Part shown: positions 46,225 through 56,109 of the stretch, one piece after another | How the letters are laid out: the number at the start of each line of letters is the position of its first letter | How positions within the stretch are numbered: position 1 is the stretch's first letter | Assembly (NCBI GenBank): GCA_020348985.1 | Contig: CP070761.1 | Location: forward strand, 2,300,310-2,364,309 | Direction of reading: 5' to 3' | Length of the DNA stretch: 64,000 nt | Origin: Candidatus Thorarchaeota archaeon | GTDB lineage: Archaea > Asgardarchaeota > Thorarchaeia > Thorarchaeales > Thorarchaeaceae | Notes under the pieces: generated by a model | Told to the model about the DNA's origin: nothing | The model's input: the letters and a program-made list of their open reading frames with translations, nothing else | The model's database searches: none | Program-made: the position numbers and the translations under genes

Positions 46225-47250
46225 TCAGTAATTCATAATCTCGAGGTACGTCTCAAGTGCCTCTTCTGGTGATTTCACATCTTTGACTACAGCACTCCCC
46301 CTTCTCATGAGGGTGACTGAAGGGCCCGATTCAGTTTCGATTTGGAGAAATCGCTTCCTCCGAGTCACGGTGAATCTTGAGCCAATCCTTTCTGCGATGC
46401 TATCTAGGTCTAACGTCAACATCTCTGTTGGAGTCACGCTGTAGTTGCCTGAACATAGCATAATTACTCTCGGCTTATTCGTTGCTTTTGGTATTTCGGG
46501 AGTCAAAACAGAGCACGTTGGACAAGTTTCGGACTTGGTTATGTCAAAGAAGTCAAAACTGAGATCGTCTATGTCGACTGTCATCAATCGATTCATCAAT
46601 TTCGGTTCTTTTCCTGTGGCCAGGAGCACGGCCTCTCTGACTTCAATAGATGCAGCTATAGAGAGCAACGTAGGGGAGACCCCAACTTGAGCACATGTGT
46701 TGTCTGGATCGTCTGTCGCGTCTCCAACGAGACACTCCAAACATCCCGTTCTTCCAGGGATGAAAGTGCTTAGGTTTGCATAGTATTCTATCGCTCCGGC
46801 AAAGACGTACGGGATTTTCAGCGTAATGCTTGCCTTGTTCAATATACGTCTTGAGTGAAAGGAATCAAGGCCATCAAGAATGAGGTCTGACCCTTTTAGA
46901 ATGTCAATCGCGTTTCCCTCGTCAAGTGACAAGGAGACTGTTTCATATTCTACCTCGGGGTTCATCCGTTCAAGATTCGATGCTGCGGCTTCGGCCTTCG
47001 GAAGTCCAATGTCACTAGTATCAAATACTGTTTGTCTCTGGATATTAGATAACTCTACGATGTCCCTGTCTATGATTCGCAGTTTACCAAACCCAATAGC
47101 GGAGAGCAATCTCAGGGACGGGCTACCGAGTCCACCGGCTCCAACAACCGACACGGTGCTCCTTATTATCGATTCCATGTTCTCTTCTGAGAAGTCCTTT
47201 AGAACTAGCATCCTAGAGTATCGTTCTCGGAGTTCAGGTGTCAAGCTCAT
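46225..47250 (-). CDS. ThiF/MoeB/E1-like adenylyltransferase
   Basis: RYSR, VGAGGLG, DRDIVELSNIQRQ, CLEC, catalytic-type TC, CPTC. Confidence 0.9.
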   Translation of the reverse strand: MSLTPELRERYSRMLVLKDFSEENMESIIRSTVSVVGAGGLGSPSLRLLSAIGFGKLRIIDRDIVELSNIQRQTVFDTSDIGLPKAEAAASNLERMNPEVEYETVSLSLDEGNAIDILKGSDLILDGLDSFHSRRILNKASITLKIPYVFAGAIEYYANLSTFIPGRTGCLECLVGDATDDPDNTCAQVGVSPTLLSIAASIEVREAVLLATGKEPKLMNRLMTVDIDDLSFDFFDITKSETCPTCSVLTPEIPKATNKPRVIMLCSGNYSVTPTEMLTLDLDSIAERIGSRFTVTRRKRFLQIETESGPSVTLMRRGSAVVKDVKSPEEALETYLEIMNY

Positions 47251-47312
47251 GTGTCTCGCCCCAATCATCAGCGAGAGTTCAACTTAAAGCCTTAGACATG
47301 TGCTGTTTGGAC

Positions 47313-48140
47313 ATGGCTTATGGTGCACAGGTCTCGGTTGGTGTTGGCCGAACCGTGAAGAAGTCCCTCGATATTGCCCTTTCCAAGATGACTTCGCCAT
47401 TGTTAGCAACGAAACCTGTTGACCAAGTTATCATAAAACCCTCCATTCTTGACCCGCGATTGCCAGGGAATTCTACCAAGGACATGATACAGGCGGTTGT
47501 ACGGGTCTTTGGCTCTATTGCACCTGTCATCGTCGTTGAAAGCGACAATCCCTTCCGGTCCGCCAGCGAAGCGTTATCCGGAATGGGCCTGGAGAATATT
47601 CAAGGGGCGATAACTAGACTTGTCAACCTCTCGGAAGAAGACATGATTCAAGTAACCATGTCTGAACACGTATTCACGAGGCGCGGTATGCCCAGAATCC
47701 TCACTGAATCTTCTCTATTGGTGAATCTATCAACACTGAAGGTCAATCCTGCACGCTCATCATTGAGTGGAAGTATCAAGAATCTCTTCGGACTTCTTCC
47801 TGAAGTGGACAAGAAGACATACCATGACACATTGGATGGCGTGCTGATGGATATACTTGCCACCTTCCCACCTGATCTATCGATAATGGAGCTGTCAAGT
47901 GTCCTGGTGGGGACCAGAAGAAAGGGGACTTCGATCGAGGTGGGTGGCGTTGTTGTCGGGACTGACCCTGTCGCCACTGATGCGTTCTGTGCCTCCCTTT
48001 TTGGTATGGACCCCCTCAAGATATCAAGTATTCAGAAGGCCTATGACTTAGGTTTGGGAGAGGCCGTTGTGGATAGAATCAAGGTTCTGGCGACAGACAA
48101 CCAGCTTGCTAGACTGAGGGAGCGATGTGCACTAGCTTGA
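47313..48140 (+). CDS. DUF362-family protein
   Basis: VIIKP, VVES, SIKNLFG, GTDPVATD, A..LGLG. Confidence 0.75.
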   Translation: MAYGAQVSVGVGRTVKKSLDIALSKMTSPLLATKPVDQVIIKPSILDPRLPGNSTKDMIQAVVRVFGSIAPVIVVESDNPFRSASEALSGMGLENIQGAITRLVNLSEEDMIQVTMSEHVFTRRGMPRILTESSLLVNLSTLKVNPARSSLSGSIKNLFGLLPEVDKKTYHDTLDGVLMDILATFPPDLSIMELSSVLVGTRRKGTSIEVGGVVVGTDPVATDAFCASLFGMDPLKISSIQKAYDLGLGEAVVDRIKVLATDNQLARLRERCALA

Positions 48141-48233
48141 CAATGCCGGAAAGAATATAATCTAACAGAGATGCCGCACAGTCTCTGTCCGCGTTTGAGG
48201 ACCTGTGACAGTCTAGTCAGGTAGTGACGTTTC

Positions 48234-49400
48234 ATGGATTGGACATCTCATCGAATGGCAAATATCCCTCCTTCGGGCACTCTCAAAATGTTTGAGATCG
48301 CTTCGAAGCTCGAGGCTGAAGGAAAGAAGGTATACCATTTTGAAGTGGGTCAACCAGACTTCCCGACTCCTCCCAACATAATCAAGTCCGGAATAGATGC
48401 ATTGAATGATGGGTTCACAAAGTATGTTTCTTCAAGAGGTGTTCCAGCGCTTCTCGATGCCATAGAAGGCTTCTACGGCCGCAGAGGAATCTCTATTGAT
48501 GGGCGCAAGAACCTAATAGTCACCCCTGGGGCAAAGATGGCGCTTTTCCAGGGTTTTCTTTCGGCTATAGACATTGGTGATGACGTTCTTGTGCTGTCAC
48601 CTGCATGGCCCACCTACAGAGTGATGATCCGCACGGCAGGTGCAAAACCTGTGGACGTCCCAACCAGCGTTGTCTACGAATTGGATGAGGAGGCCCTCAA
48701 GTCAGCCGCTACTAAGACAGTTTCGGCTCTGGTCATAAATAGCCCTAACAACCCAACAGGTGGTGTTCTTCAAGAGAGCCAAATGAGACTAATCTACGAC
48801 CTAGCTGTTGACCATGACTTCGCAATCTTCAGTGATGAAATCTATGAAGCGTTAGTATATGACGGGCTTAGCCAGACATCTATGCTGGAGGTCGATCCGT
48901 CAATGGAACAGTCAATTGTGATAAGCGGTTTCTCGAAGACATACTCCATGACGGGCTGGCGACTTGGTTTCGCTGTTGGGAATGAAGAAGTGATTGAAAA
49001 TATGGTACGAATCCAGCAAAATACGACATCATGTGCGCCCTCGTTTGCGCAAATGGCAGGAGTTGAAGCTCTCTGTGGCGACCAGAGTTCCATCAAGAGC
49101 ATGGTCGACTCCTATAGTCAAAGGCGTGACAAGATGGTAGCTGGATTCCGAGATATGCCAGAAGTAACTTGTGAAATCCCCCTCGGTGCTTTCTACTGTT
49201 TTCCAGATTTCTCGAAATACGGGCTAAGCAGCAACACGCTCGCAGAACTCTTGTTGATAAAAACAGGCGTTACAACTGCACCAGGCAAGGTATTCGGTGA
49301 CATGTGGGATGGCCATCTCAGGTTCTCCTATGCAAGTTCACTGTCTGTTATCGAAGAAGGTCTCGCCAAGGTCAAGGAATTCCTCGAAACTCTTGACTAG
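48234..49400 (+). CDS. Class I/II PLP aminotransferase (aspartate aminotransferase-like)
   Basis: GQPDFPTP, NSPNNPTG, SDEIY, SKTYSMTGWRLG. Confidence 0.93.
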   Translation: MDWTSHRMANIPPSGTLKMFEIASKLEAEGKKVYHFEVGQPDFPTPPNIIKSGIDALNDGFTKYVSSRGVPALLDAIEGFYGRRGISIDGRKNLIVTPGAKMALFQGFLSAIDIGDDVLVLSPAWPTYRVMIRTAGAKPVDVPTSVVYELDEEALKSAATKTVSALVINSPNNPTGGVLQESQMRLIYDLAVDHDFAIFSDEIYEALVYDGLSQTSMLEVDPSMEQSIVISGFSKTYSMTGWRLGFAVGNEEVIENMVRIQQNTTSCAPSFAQMAGVEALCGDQSSIKSMVDSYSQRRDKMVAGFRDMPEVTCEIPLGAFYCFPDFSKYGLSSNTLAELLLIKTGVTTAPGKVFGDMWDGHLRFSYASSLSVIEEGLAKVKEFLETLD

Positions 49401-49407
49401 GTTGTAG

Positions 49408-50025
49408 GTGGCAGCTATGGGGGCTTCTGACCCAGAATCACCTTCTTTGGAAGGTTCAGGAGTGCGTTTTGAGTGCACAAAGTGCGGTGCCTGCTGTAGA
49501 CAAGATGAGCTGCTCGTCACCGTGACTGCATCGGATATCGTCCGATTGGGAGCTGGACTGGGATTGAACGCCATAGAACTGACGCGTGCTCTTGATTTCT
49601 ATGTCCTTGATAGTGAGCCAATCCCACACGGGTTGCGCCACATACCCAGAATCTTGACAGAAAGGGGTTTGGCATATGTCGCGCTCAGGAAGCTCGAGAA
49701 CGGAGACTGTGTATTCCTGAAAGATGACATCTGCATGATTCACTCTATTCGTCCTGCCGTTTGTCGGTCCTTTCCGTTTGTTTTCAGGGCTCAAGATAAA
49801 GATATGAAGTGGGGACTCAGCGCGATGAAGGACATCTGTCCAGGGTTGGGCCAAGGGGAGGAGGTCCCCCTGAACTATCTTCGTGATCTAGGCAGCAGTG
49901 TCCTGTCAGACCTGGCCTCCTACTCGAAGCTCGCGCAAAGGTGGAACAAGACGGGGTCGGAGCTTTCGGCGATTGACTACATAATCTATGCAATAGAGAG
50001 CCTTTCGGAGAAAACTCGACAGTAA
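49408..50025 (+). CDS. YkgJ-family CxxCxxCC cysteine-cluster protein
   Basis: FECTKCGACC, CVFL, CMIHSIRPAVCRSFPF, CPGLG. Confidence 0.88.
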   Translation: MAAMGASDPESPSLEGSGVRFECTKCGACCRQDELLVTVTASDIVRLGAGLGLNAIELTRALDFYVLDSEPIPHGLRHIPRILTERGLAYVALRKLENGDCVFLKDDICMIHSIRPAVCRSFPFVFRAQDKDMKWGLSAMKDICPGLGQGEEVPLNYLRDLGSSVLSDLASYSKLAQRWNKTGSELSAIDYIIYAIESLSEKTRQ

Positions 50026-50037
50026 GAGAACGCAGAA

Positions 50038-51027
50038 TCACAGCCTGCTCAGAATCTGTAGAATGTTTCCGAAGTTGTGCTCAACGGTCCTGCTCTTCTC
50101 GCTATACGATTCTAGATTCGCGAGTCTAGAGTCCTTTTCTAGTAGCTCACGGAATCTTTCCGAACGAATCTCTGAGTGGATCCGGTCATTGACATCAAGA
50201 ATCTGGTCTGATGTCTTGAGAATGAACTGGAGCATCTTGATCAGGAGGTGAAAGTCGTTGATGTCTCTGAGTTGTAACGTCTGACTGTAGAACTGAAATT
50301 CAAAGCGTGCAAGAAGCTCCCGCATGCCAGCTAGATCCACAAGCCAAATTGGGGATCCTTCTTCTTTTAGCTCCGAGTGGAGATCTGACCAACATGCTTG
50401 TTGTTCCAGCAACTGCACCAGATACCCACGTAAGAAGGCAAAGTGGTCGACACCCTCTTCGATGTCATCTTCAGTACCTATCGGACTCATCATTCCATCT
50501 GTCTGACTGTGTTTCACAGCAATCATCAGTGAGAATTTGTCCACGTAACGTTTGACTTCTTCTGTCTTCTCCTTACGTGACATCAAGTCGGAGAAGGTAT
50601 CCGCAAGAGTGAGAATGAACTTGTAAAGACATTCGGAGCATATCTCTGCACTTGCTGTTAGGTCCTTTGTCGAAAGAAACTGCAGAGCATCCTCGAGGTC
50701 ATTTCCTGGCACGTCATACCCGTGAATACGAAGAACCCACCCTTGAGAGATGCAGTATACCTTGTTATCCGGATAATTGACATAGATAGAGGTGTAGCAC
50801 ACATTGCTATCTTCGGATCTCTCCTCCAACATTCCTTTTCTGTTAGTCCTATAGGAGAAGACCTGAGGATCGACTTCCATCGCCTCAACTTCTAGTATGT
50901 TGTCATCATTGATACATAGCTTCTCATCACCAAAGACCTTGAAGCAGGGGCATCCTCTGACGAGTTTGATTGAGCCTCCTTTGCCGCTGCCATCTTGTGA
51001 TTCAACCAAGATTTCTCGGGATTCCAA
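50038..51027 (-). CDS. Cys-rich hypothetical protein, paralogue A
   Basis: LVRGCPC..FGDE..CIN, YCISQG, CSECLYK shared with the adjacent gene. Confidence 0.8.
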   Translation of the reverse strand: MESREILVESQDGSGKGGSIKLVRGCPCFKVFGDEKLCINDDNILEVEAMEVDPQVFSYRTNRKGMLEERSEDSNVCYTSIYVNYPDNKVYCISQGWVLRIHGYDVPGNDLEDALQFLSTKDLTASAEICSECLYKFILTLADTFSDLMSRKEKTEEVKRYVDKFSLMIAVKHSQTDGMMSPIGTEDDIEEGVDHFAFLRGYLVQLLEQQACWSDLHSELKEEGSPIWLVDLAGMRELLARFEFQFYSQTLQLRDINDFHLLIKMLQFILKTSDQILDVNDRIHSEIRSERFRELLEKDSRLANLESYSEKSRTVEHNFGNILQILSRL

Positions 51028-51166
51028 GCCATCATACCTCTGACAAAGAGTCGACGAAATGCACTAATCTTCTGGAAATCTAGGGATATAGGCATTGTTG
51101 TCAGATATTTGCTACATTTCCTTCACTTGCTTCCTTTCTCCAGATAGTCAGTCTGTGCCTTCTGGA

Positions 51167-52126
51167 CTATACATCGACCTGATTCAAGACCCCGACTAAG
51201 CCGGCGAATCGCTGTTCAGCCTTCCTCCGTCGAAGAGAATAACGCTCAAGGAATGACGCGAAGTCACACGGCTTGGATTCAGATTCCTCTAATCTTCGAA
51301 TTCTCTCTCGTATTGCATCACATAGATTGAGTACTCTTTCTGCGATGTCAACCATGTGCCTCAGTAGTCCAAGTGCAACGATTTCGTCACTAGCATCAAC
51401 CAGAGTTTCGACTTGGAAAAGGAAGATTGACTCGAGCCTTATGAGTTGCTTATGGTAGTCCACTACAGCGGCTGCATCTTCCATCTGATCGTCCAAGCTC
51501 AAAGAGCTCGCATATGTCGCAATCTCTGATCGTTCCTTTAGAGCCACTCCAACGTGGATAGAGATAAGCTCTCTCAGTACGCCATCCTTCTCTTCAGACA
51601 GATCTGCTTCTGCGCCTGAGAAATCCGTCAGAATCTTGATTGCCAGATTCTTGACATAGGTCACTATCATCTCAGCCTTTTCACTATCCGTAATCACGTC
51701 CTCGAAGACATTGCTCAGTGTCACTATGTATTTGTATAGACAGCTTGAGCACTGGGCCCCGTTTGCTGTCGCTCCAGTAATCGTCAGAAATTTGAGCGCG
51801 GCTTCCATATCCGCCGCCTTGATTGGTCTCTGATTGATTCTGAGCTTCCTGCCTTGACTCACACAGTATGTATCGTCTTCGACAGAGTCCAAACCTATCA
51901 AGAGATAGCAGAGTCCCTCCATGCTGCTACAATGCTCAAGCATATGCTCAACTGTATCTACGTGAGTGTAGAACGCCGGGTCGACAGAAATCGCTTTGAT
52001 TGGCAGAACACTATCGTGATTAATACAGACACTCTCGTCTCCAAACTCCTTGTAGCATGGACAACCCCTAACCAGACGAACATCCTTTTGAACGGCTCCT
52101 GATGTGGTTGAGCCGCTATCATTCAT
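51167..52126 (-). CDS. Cys-rich hypothetical protein, paralogue B
   Basis: LVRGCPC..FGDE..CIN, YCVSQG, CSSCLYK; ATG 52126 after AGGTG. Confidence 0.8.
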   Translation of the reverse strand: MNDSGSTTSGAVQKDVRLVRGCPCYKEFGDESVCINHDSVLPIKAISVDPAFYTHVDTVEHMLEHCSSMEGLCYLLIGLDSVEDDTYCVSQGRKLRINQRPIKAADMEAALKFLTITGATANGAQCSSCLYKYIVTLSNVFEDVITDSEKAEMIVTYVKNLAIKILTDFSGAEADLSEEKDGVLRELISIHVGVALKERSEIATYASSLSLDDQMEDAAAVVDYHKQLIRLESIFLFQVETLVDASDEIVALGLLRHMVDIAERVLNLCDAIRERIRRLEESESKPCDFASFLERYSLRRRKAEQRFAGLVGVLNQVDV

Positions 52127-52261
52127 AAGACATACACCTAGTCGCTTTTCGCCGACAAACCCTTTTGCGAGCAAAATGGGGTCAGTCCACGGAATATCTG
52201 TCAGCTCATTTGGCGCTGATATTAACGTTTCTTGATTGGATGGCGACCAGGTGGACCAATT

Positions 52262-52402
52262 CTAGCCCCATAGCTCGCGCTTGAGAAGATCCCGAATAGC
52301 GATTCGAATTGCCTCTGACCTGTTTGGATAGAGCCTTGATTCGACCAGTCTCTCGAGACCCTCGACGTACTGCTCAGGAATATGAAGTGTGACGAGTTTC
52401 AT
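52262..52402 (-). CDS. Ribbon-helix-helix (CopG) regulator, CdrS-like, 46 aa; absent from the ORF track
   Basis: MKLVTLHIPEQYVEGLERLVESRLYPNRSEAIRIAIRDLLKRELWG with the PNRSEAIR signature; AGGTG SD. Confidence 0.9.
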   Translation of the reverse strand: MKLVTLHIPEQYVEGLERLVESRLYPNRSEAIRIAIRDLLKRELWG

Positions 52403-52448
52403 GCAGATAACACCTAGGTCACTTCTGGGTCATACGTCAATATGATGT

Positions 52449-52461
52449 TGAGTATTACTCA
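52449..52461. promoter_or_regulatory. Palindromic putative operator upstream of the RHH gene
   Basis: TGAGTA-T-TACTCA perfect inverted repeat about 47 nt before the ATG. Confidence 0.5.
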
Positions 52462-52604
52462 CTCAAAATAGAGCACCTGTTTACTTCTAGCTCTGGGCAA
52501 ATTGCTCAGAAGACAGAAGAGTGGGGAATCGTTGCACGGTGTAACTTATATCACAAGAGGGGTTCGTTGAACACCGTAGACCAATCCAATGGACAGGAAT
52601 TCAA

Positions 52605-53180
52605 ATGCAGTCAAGACAAGTCTTGGGCATTGGGATTGTGCTAATTTTGGTCACAGTAGGTCTGTTAGTGGTGTATCTCGCTACTATGCCGTCCAATGAT
52701 CATGATGATAATGAAGAACAGACCACTCCGAAGGATGTCGACCTCCTAGAATATAACATAACTTTACCAGAGACCCGCTGGGTCATGACTGATGGTCAAG
52801 ACCTCTATCCATCAGACCTACTAGGCAAGTGGACCATAGTTGATTTCATGGCCACCTGGTGTGGGCCTTGTGAAGCTTTCAATTCGGATCTGAAGCAACT
52901 TCACGACACGTATGGGGACTCGATAAACCTAATCTCATTGACGGTCACGATGAGCGAGACCTTAGGTATGTTGGAGGACTATAAGGATGATAACAATATC
53001 ACATGGCGCATTGGTCAGGACTATGGTGAGAATTGGCAAAACACAGCATCAGAATTCATTGGTGTTCGCTACATTCCCACTCCAATCATCATTGATCCTG
53101 ATGGCATACTTAGATGGATGCATGAGGGAATTTGGGCCTTCGTGGACATGAACGAAGTTCTTACAAGCCTAATGGGATAA
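52605..53180 (+). CDS. Membrane-anchored TlpA/redoxin thiol-disulfide oxidoreductase
   Basis: N-terminal TM, DFMATWCGPC, YIPT.IIIDPDG. Confidence 0.9.
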   Translation: MQSRQVLGIGIVLILVTVGLLVVYLATMPSNDHDDNEEQTTPKDVDLLEYNITLPETRWVMTDGQDLYPSDLLGKWTIVDFMATWCGPCEAFNSDLKQLHDTYGDSINLISLTVTMSETLGMLEDYKDDNNITWRIGQDYGENWQNTASEFIGVRYIPTPIIIDPDGILRWMHEGIWAFVDMNEVLTSLMG

Positions 53181-53197
53181 AGGTTTGATCGGGCGCG

Positions 53198-53893
53198 ATG
53201 TTCATCGACTATCTGATTGAAGTAGCTGCAAATCTCGGGACTTCTTTCGGAGTTGGCTTCTACCTTGCCACCTCTCCCTGCATCTTTCCTCTCCTACCCC
53301 TCTTCCTGCTCAGAAGTCTGCAATCACAAGAGACTCGCAGAGGTAGTGTAGCAATCACGGGTGCTCTCTGGTTGGGTATCATGACTTCTCTTGGAGTCTT
53401 CGCGGCTGTCTCCGGATTCATCGGTTTGTGGGTAATCAGGCACTATGACACCTTACAAGGGCTTCTTGGCATGATTGTCGCGTTCCTTGGGATAGTCACC
53501 ATGTCTCACACTCTGCGTGAGAAGCTAGGACTTACACGATTGAGCATGACCGAACCCGGTGACCCAAAAAGTCTGATGGGAGTCTATGCGGTTGGATTTG
53601 GCTACGCAATGCTTGCGGCTCCATGTAATATGCCTGTCCTACTTGCTTTCCCCCTTCTTTTTGGCCTGCAGTCCGAGCTCTACGTGATTCTCCTGATGGT
53701 GATCACGCTTGCAATCGGCGTGGCTACACCTTACCTCGCAATAGCGCTGGCTACTGGAGAAGCGAGGAGTAGAATTGCATCCACAATCGCAGACTCGGCC
53801 CGCAAAGTTGAGATAATTGTGGGCCTGCTGCTGATCATTGTTGGCATGTGGTTGGCCTATCCGCTCATTGGGGGCATATTCACAAGCGGCTAG
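53198..53893 (+). CDS. ccdA: CcdA/DsbD-type transmembrane electron transporter
   Basis: SPCIFPLLP and APC Cys motifs, multiple TM helices. Confidence 0.88.
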   Translation: MFIDYLIEVAANLGTSFGVGFYLATSPCIFPLLPLFLLRSLQSQETRRGSVAITGALWLGIMTSLGVFAAVSGFIGLWVIRHYDTLQGLLGMIVAFLGIVTMSHTLREKLGLTRLSMTEPGDPKSLMGVYAVGFGYAMLAAPCNMPVLLAFPLLFGLQSELYVILLMVITLAIGVATPYLAIALATGEARSRIASTIADSARKVEIIVGLLLIIVGMWLAYPLIGGIFTSG

Positions 53894-53979
53894 AGTCCCA
53901 TCACGCAGAAGAGCACAAGTTATATCGGACCAAGTGAATCGCACGAGCTAATCCGTGTGCTCCGATGGAATGATGACAA

Positions 53980-56109
53980 ATGGTGGATAAGCAAGAAGGG
54001 ATTCGCCACCTCTTCAATCCACGCTCTATTGCCGTGATTGGGGCATCTGATACAAAAGGGAAACTCGGGAATTCAGTTGTGAAAAACCTGCTTCAGAGTG
54101 GCTATCCGGGCAAAATCTATCCTATCAACCCCAAGGGAGGCGAGATTCTTGGGCTGAAAGTCCACAAGTCCGTTGGTGACGTGAAAGGCGACGTTGATGT
54201 GGCTGTCATTGTCATTCCCGCACGTTTCGTTCTGCCAGTTGTTGAAGAGTGTGGCAAGAAGGGAGTAAGAGCGCTGGTCGTAATCACGGCAGGATTCAGA
54301 GAAATTGGACACGAAGGTCAACAAGCGGAACAGAAAATGGTTGAACTAGCTAACAAATACGGAATGGTTCTACAAGGACCTAATGTTTTAGGCATGGTCA
54401 ACAACAGCGAGCCGTTTCCCTACAACGCATCCTTCGCTGCAGGTACTCCTGACAAGGGGCCGATAGCATTCGCATCTCAATCTGGAGCACTGATGACTGG
54501 AATTCTGGATTGGAGCCTTACAGAGAAGATTGGTTTCTCCAAGTTCGTGAGCCTTGGTAACAAGAGCCAATTGGATGAGGCAGACTTTGTCGAGGCTTTT
54601 GGCAAGGATCCAGACTCGAAATTCATTCTCCTCTACATCGAGTCTGTAATCGAGGGCCGTAGGTTCATGAAAGTGTGCCGCGAGGTGACTCCTCACAAGC
54701 CAGTTTTCGTTGTCAAATCAGGGGTCAGCCAGGCAGGTGCCCGAGCCGCGTCATCTCACACGGGTTCTCTGGCAGGAAGTGACATGGCCTACGAGGTTGC
54801 ATTCAAACAGTCTGGAGTGATTCGTGCAGATAACATGGCTGAGCTCTTTGAAGTGGCCAATGTCTACGATGACATGGGTCTTCCTCCGGGGAATCGTGTT
54901 GCGATCATAACAAATGCGGGAGGGCCCGGTATACTCACGACTGACGCTTGTGAGCTGATGGGCTTGAAGATTGCCCAGTTATCATCAGACACTATTGCCT
55001 ACTTGAAAGAAAAAATGCCGCCAGCAGCATCAGTGTACAATCCAATCGATGCATTGGGAACTGCGCAGCCTGAGCACTATTCATCGTGTCTAGAGGCCGT
55101 CATGAGAGATGAGAATGTAGACTCAGTTCTGATTCTCCTGACTCCACAAGCAATGACGAAACCCATTGAGACCGCTGAGGTTTTGGTGGAATCGTACAGG
55201 AAGTACCCAGACAAACCTCTCCTTGCAGTCTTCATGGGCGGATCAACGATGGACCGACCCAGAATCATACTAAATGAGGGAGGAATACCAGAATTCGATT
55301 TTCCCGAGAGAGCGGTCAACGCCCTCGCAGAGCTCTACAGATACACCGTTGTACGAGATCGAATGACCGATGAAGCGACTCCTTCGTTTTCAGTTGACAA
55401 GAAAAAGGTCAATGAGATTATTGCGAAGGTTCGAGAAGATGGCCGTCGTGTCATGTTGGGCAGTGAAGCACATTCGATTGCCGAGGCCTACGGCATCCCT
55501 GTCGCGAAGATAAGATTGGCAACAAGTTCAGAAGAAGCAAAGAGAATCGCCAATGACCTCGGGTACCCCTTGGTCATGAAGATTTCAAGTCCGGACATAA
55601 TTCACAAGACAGACATTGGTGGCATTATGCTCGGTCTAGAAACAGAAGAGGAGGTTGAGGCGGCCTTCCTCGAGATTCTTGGTAATGCTCGAACTCATGC
55701 TCCAAGAGCTGTGATCTACGGAGTCGATGTCCAGCAGATGGTACCAAAGGGAAAGGAGCTGATAATCGGATGTTCTCGAGACGTCCAGTTTGGACCCCTC
55801 GTTATGTTTGGAGCAGGTGGCATCTTCGTGAACTATCTGAAGGATGTGGCGTTCAGGCTGGCACCATTGACACGTACGCATGCTGCTGACCTAATGGATG
55901 AGACAAAGATGAGTACCATCTTGAAGGGCGTTCGTGGAGAAGCTCCAAGTGACTTGGCAGCGCTAGAGGATACAATACTTCGAATCAGTCAACTTGTGAC
56001 AGACTTTGAGGACGTCGTCGAGTTGGACATAAACCCCGTCTTCTGTTATGAGAAAGGTCAAGGGATTTCAGCAGTCGACGTGAAGATTACGATAAGTGGT
56101 GAACGTTAA
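53980..56109 (+). CDS. ADP-forming acetate/acyl-CoA ligase, fused alpha-beta
   Basis: PRSIAVIGAS, SQSGAL, SHTGSLAG, NAGGPG, HKTDIGG, ELDINP. Confidence 0.93.
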   Translation: MVDKQEGIRHLFNPRSIAVIGASDTKGKLGNSVVKNLLQSGYPGKIYPINPKGGEILGLKVHKSVGDVKGDVDVAVIVIPARFVLPVVEECGKKGVRALVVITAGFREIGHEGQQAEQKMVELANKYGMVLQGPNVLGMVNNSEPFPYNASFAAGTPDKGPIAFASQSGALMTGILDWSLTEKIGFSKFVSLGNKSQLDEADFVEAFGKDPDSKFILLYIESVIEGRRFMKVCREVTPHKPVFVVKSGVSQAGARAASSHTGSLAGSDMAYEVAFKQSGVIRADNMAELFEVANVYDDMGLPPGNRVAIITNAGGPGILTTDACELMGLKIAQLSSDTIAYLKEKMPPAASVYNPIDALGTAQPEHYSSCLEAVMRDENVDSVLILLTPQAMTKPIETAEVLVESYRKYPDKPLLAVFMGGSTMDRPRIILNEGGIPEFDFPERAVNALAELYRYTVVRDRMTDEATPSFSVDKKKVNEIIAKVREDGRRVMLGSEAHSIAEAYGIPVAKIRLATSSEEAKRIANDLGYPLVMKISSPDIIHKTDIGGIMLGLETEEEVEAAFLEILGNARTHAPRAVIYGVDVQQMVPKGKELIIGCSRDVQFGPLVMFGAGGIFVNYLKDVAFRLAPLTRTHAADLMDETKMSTILKGVRGEAPSDLAALEDTILRISQLVTDFEDVVELDINPVFCYEKGQGISAVDVKITISGER

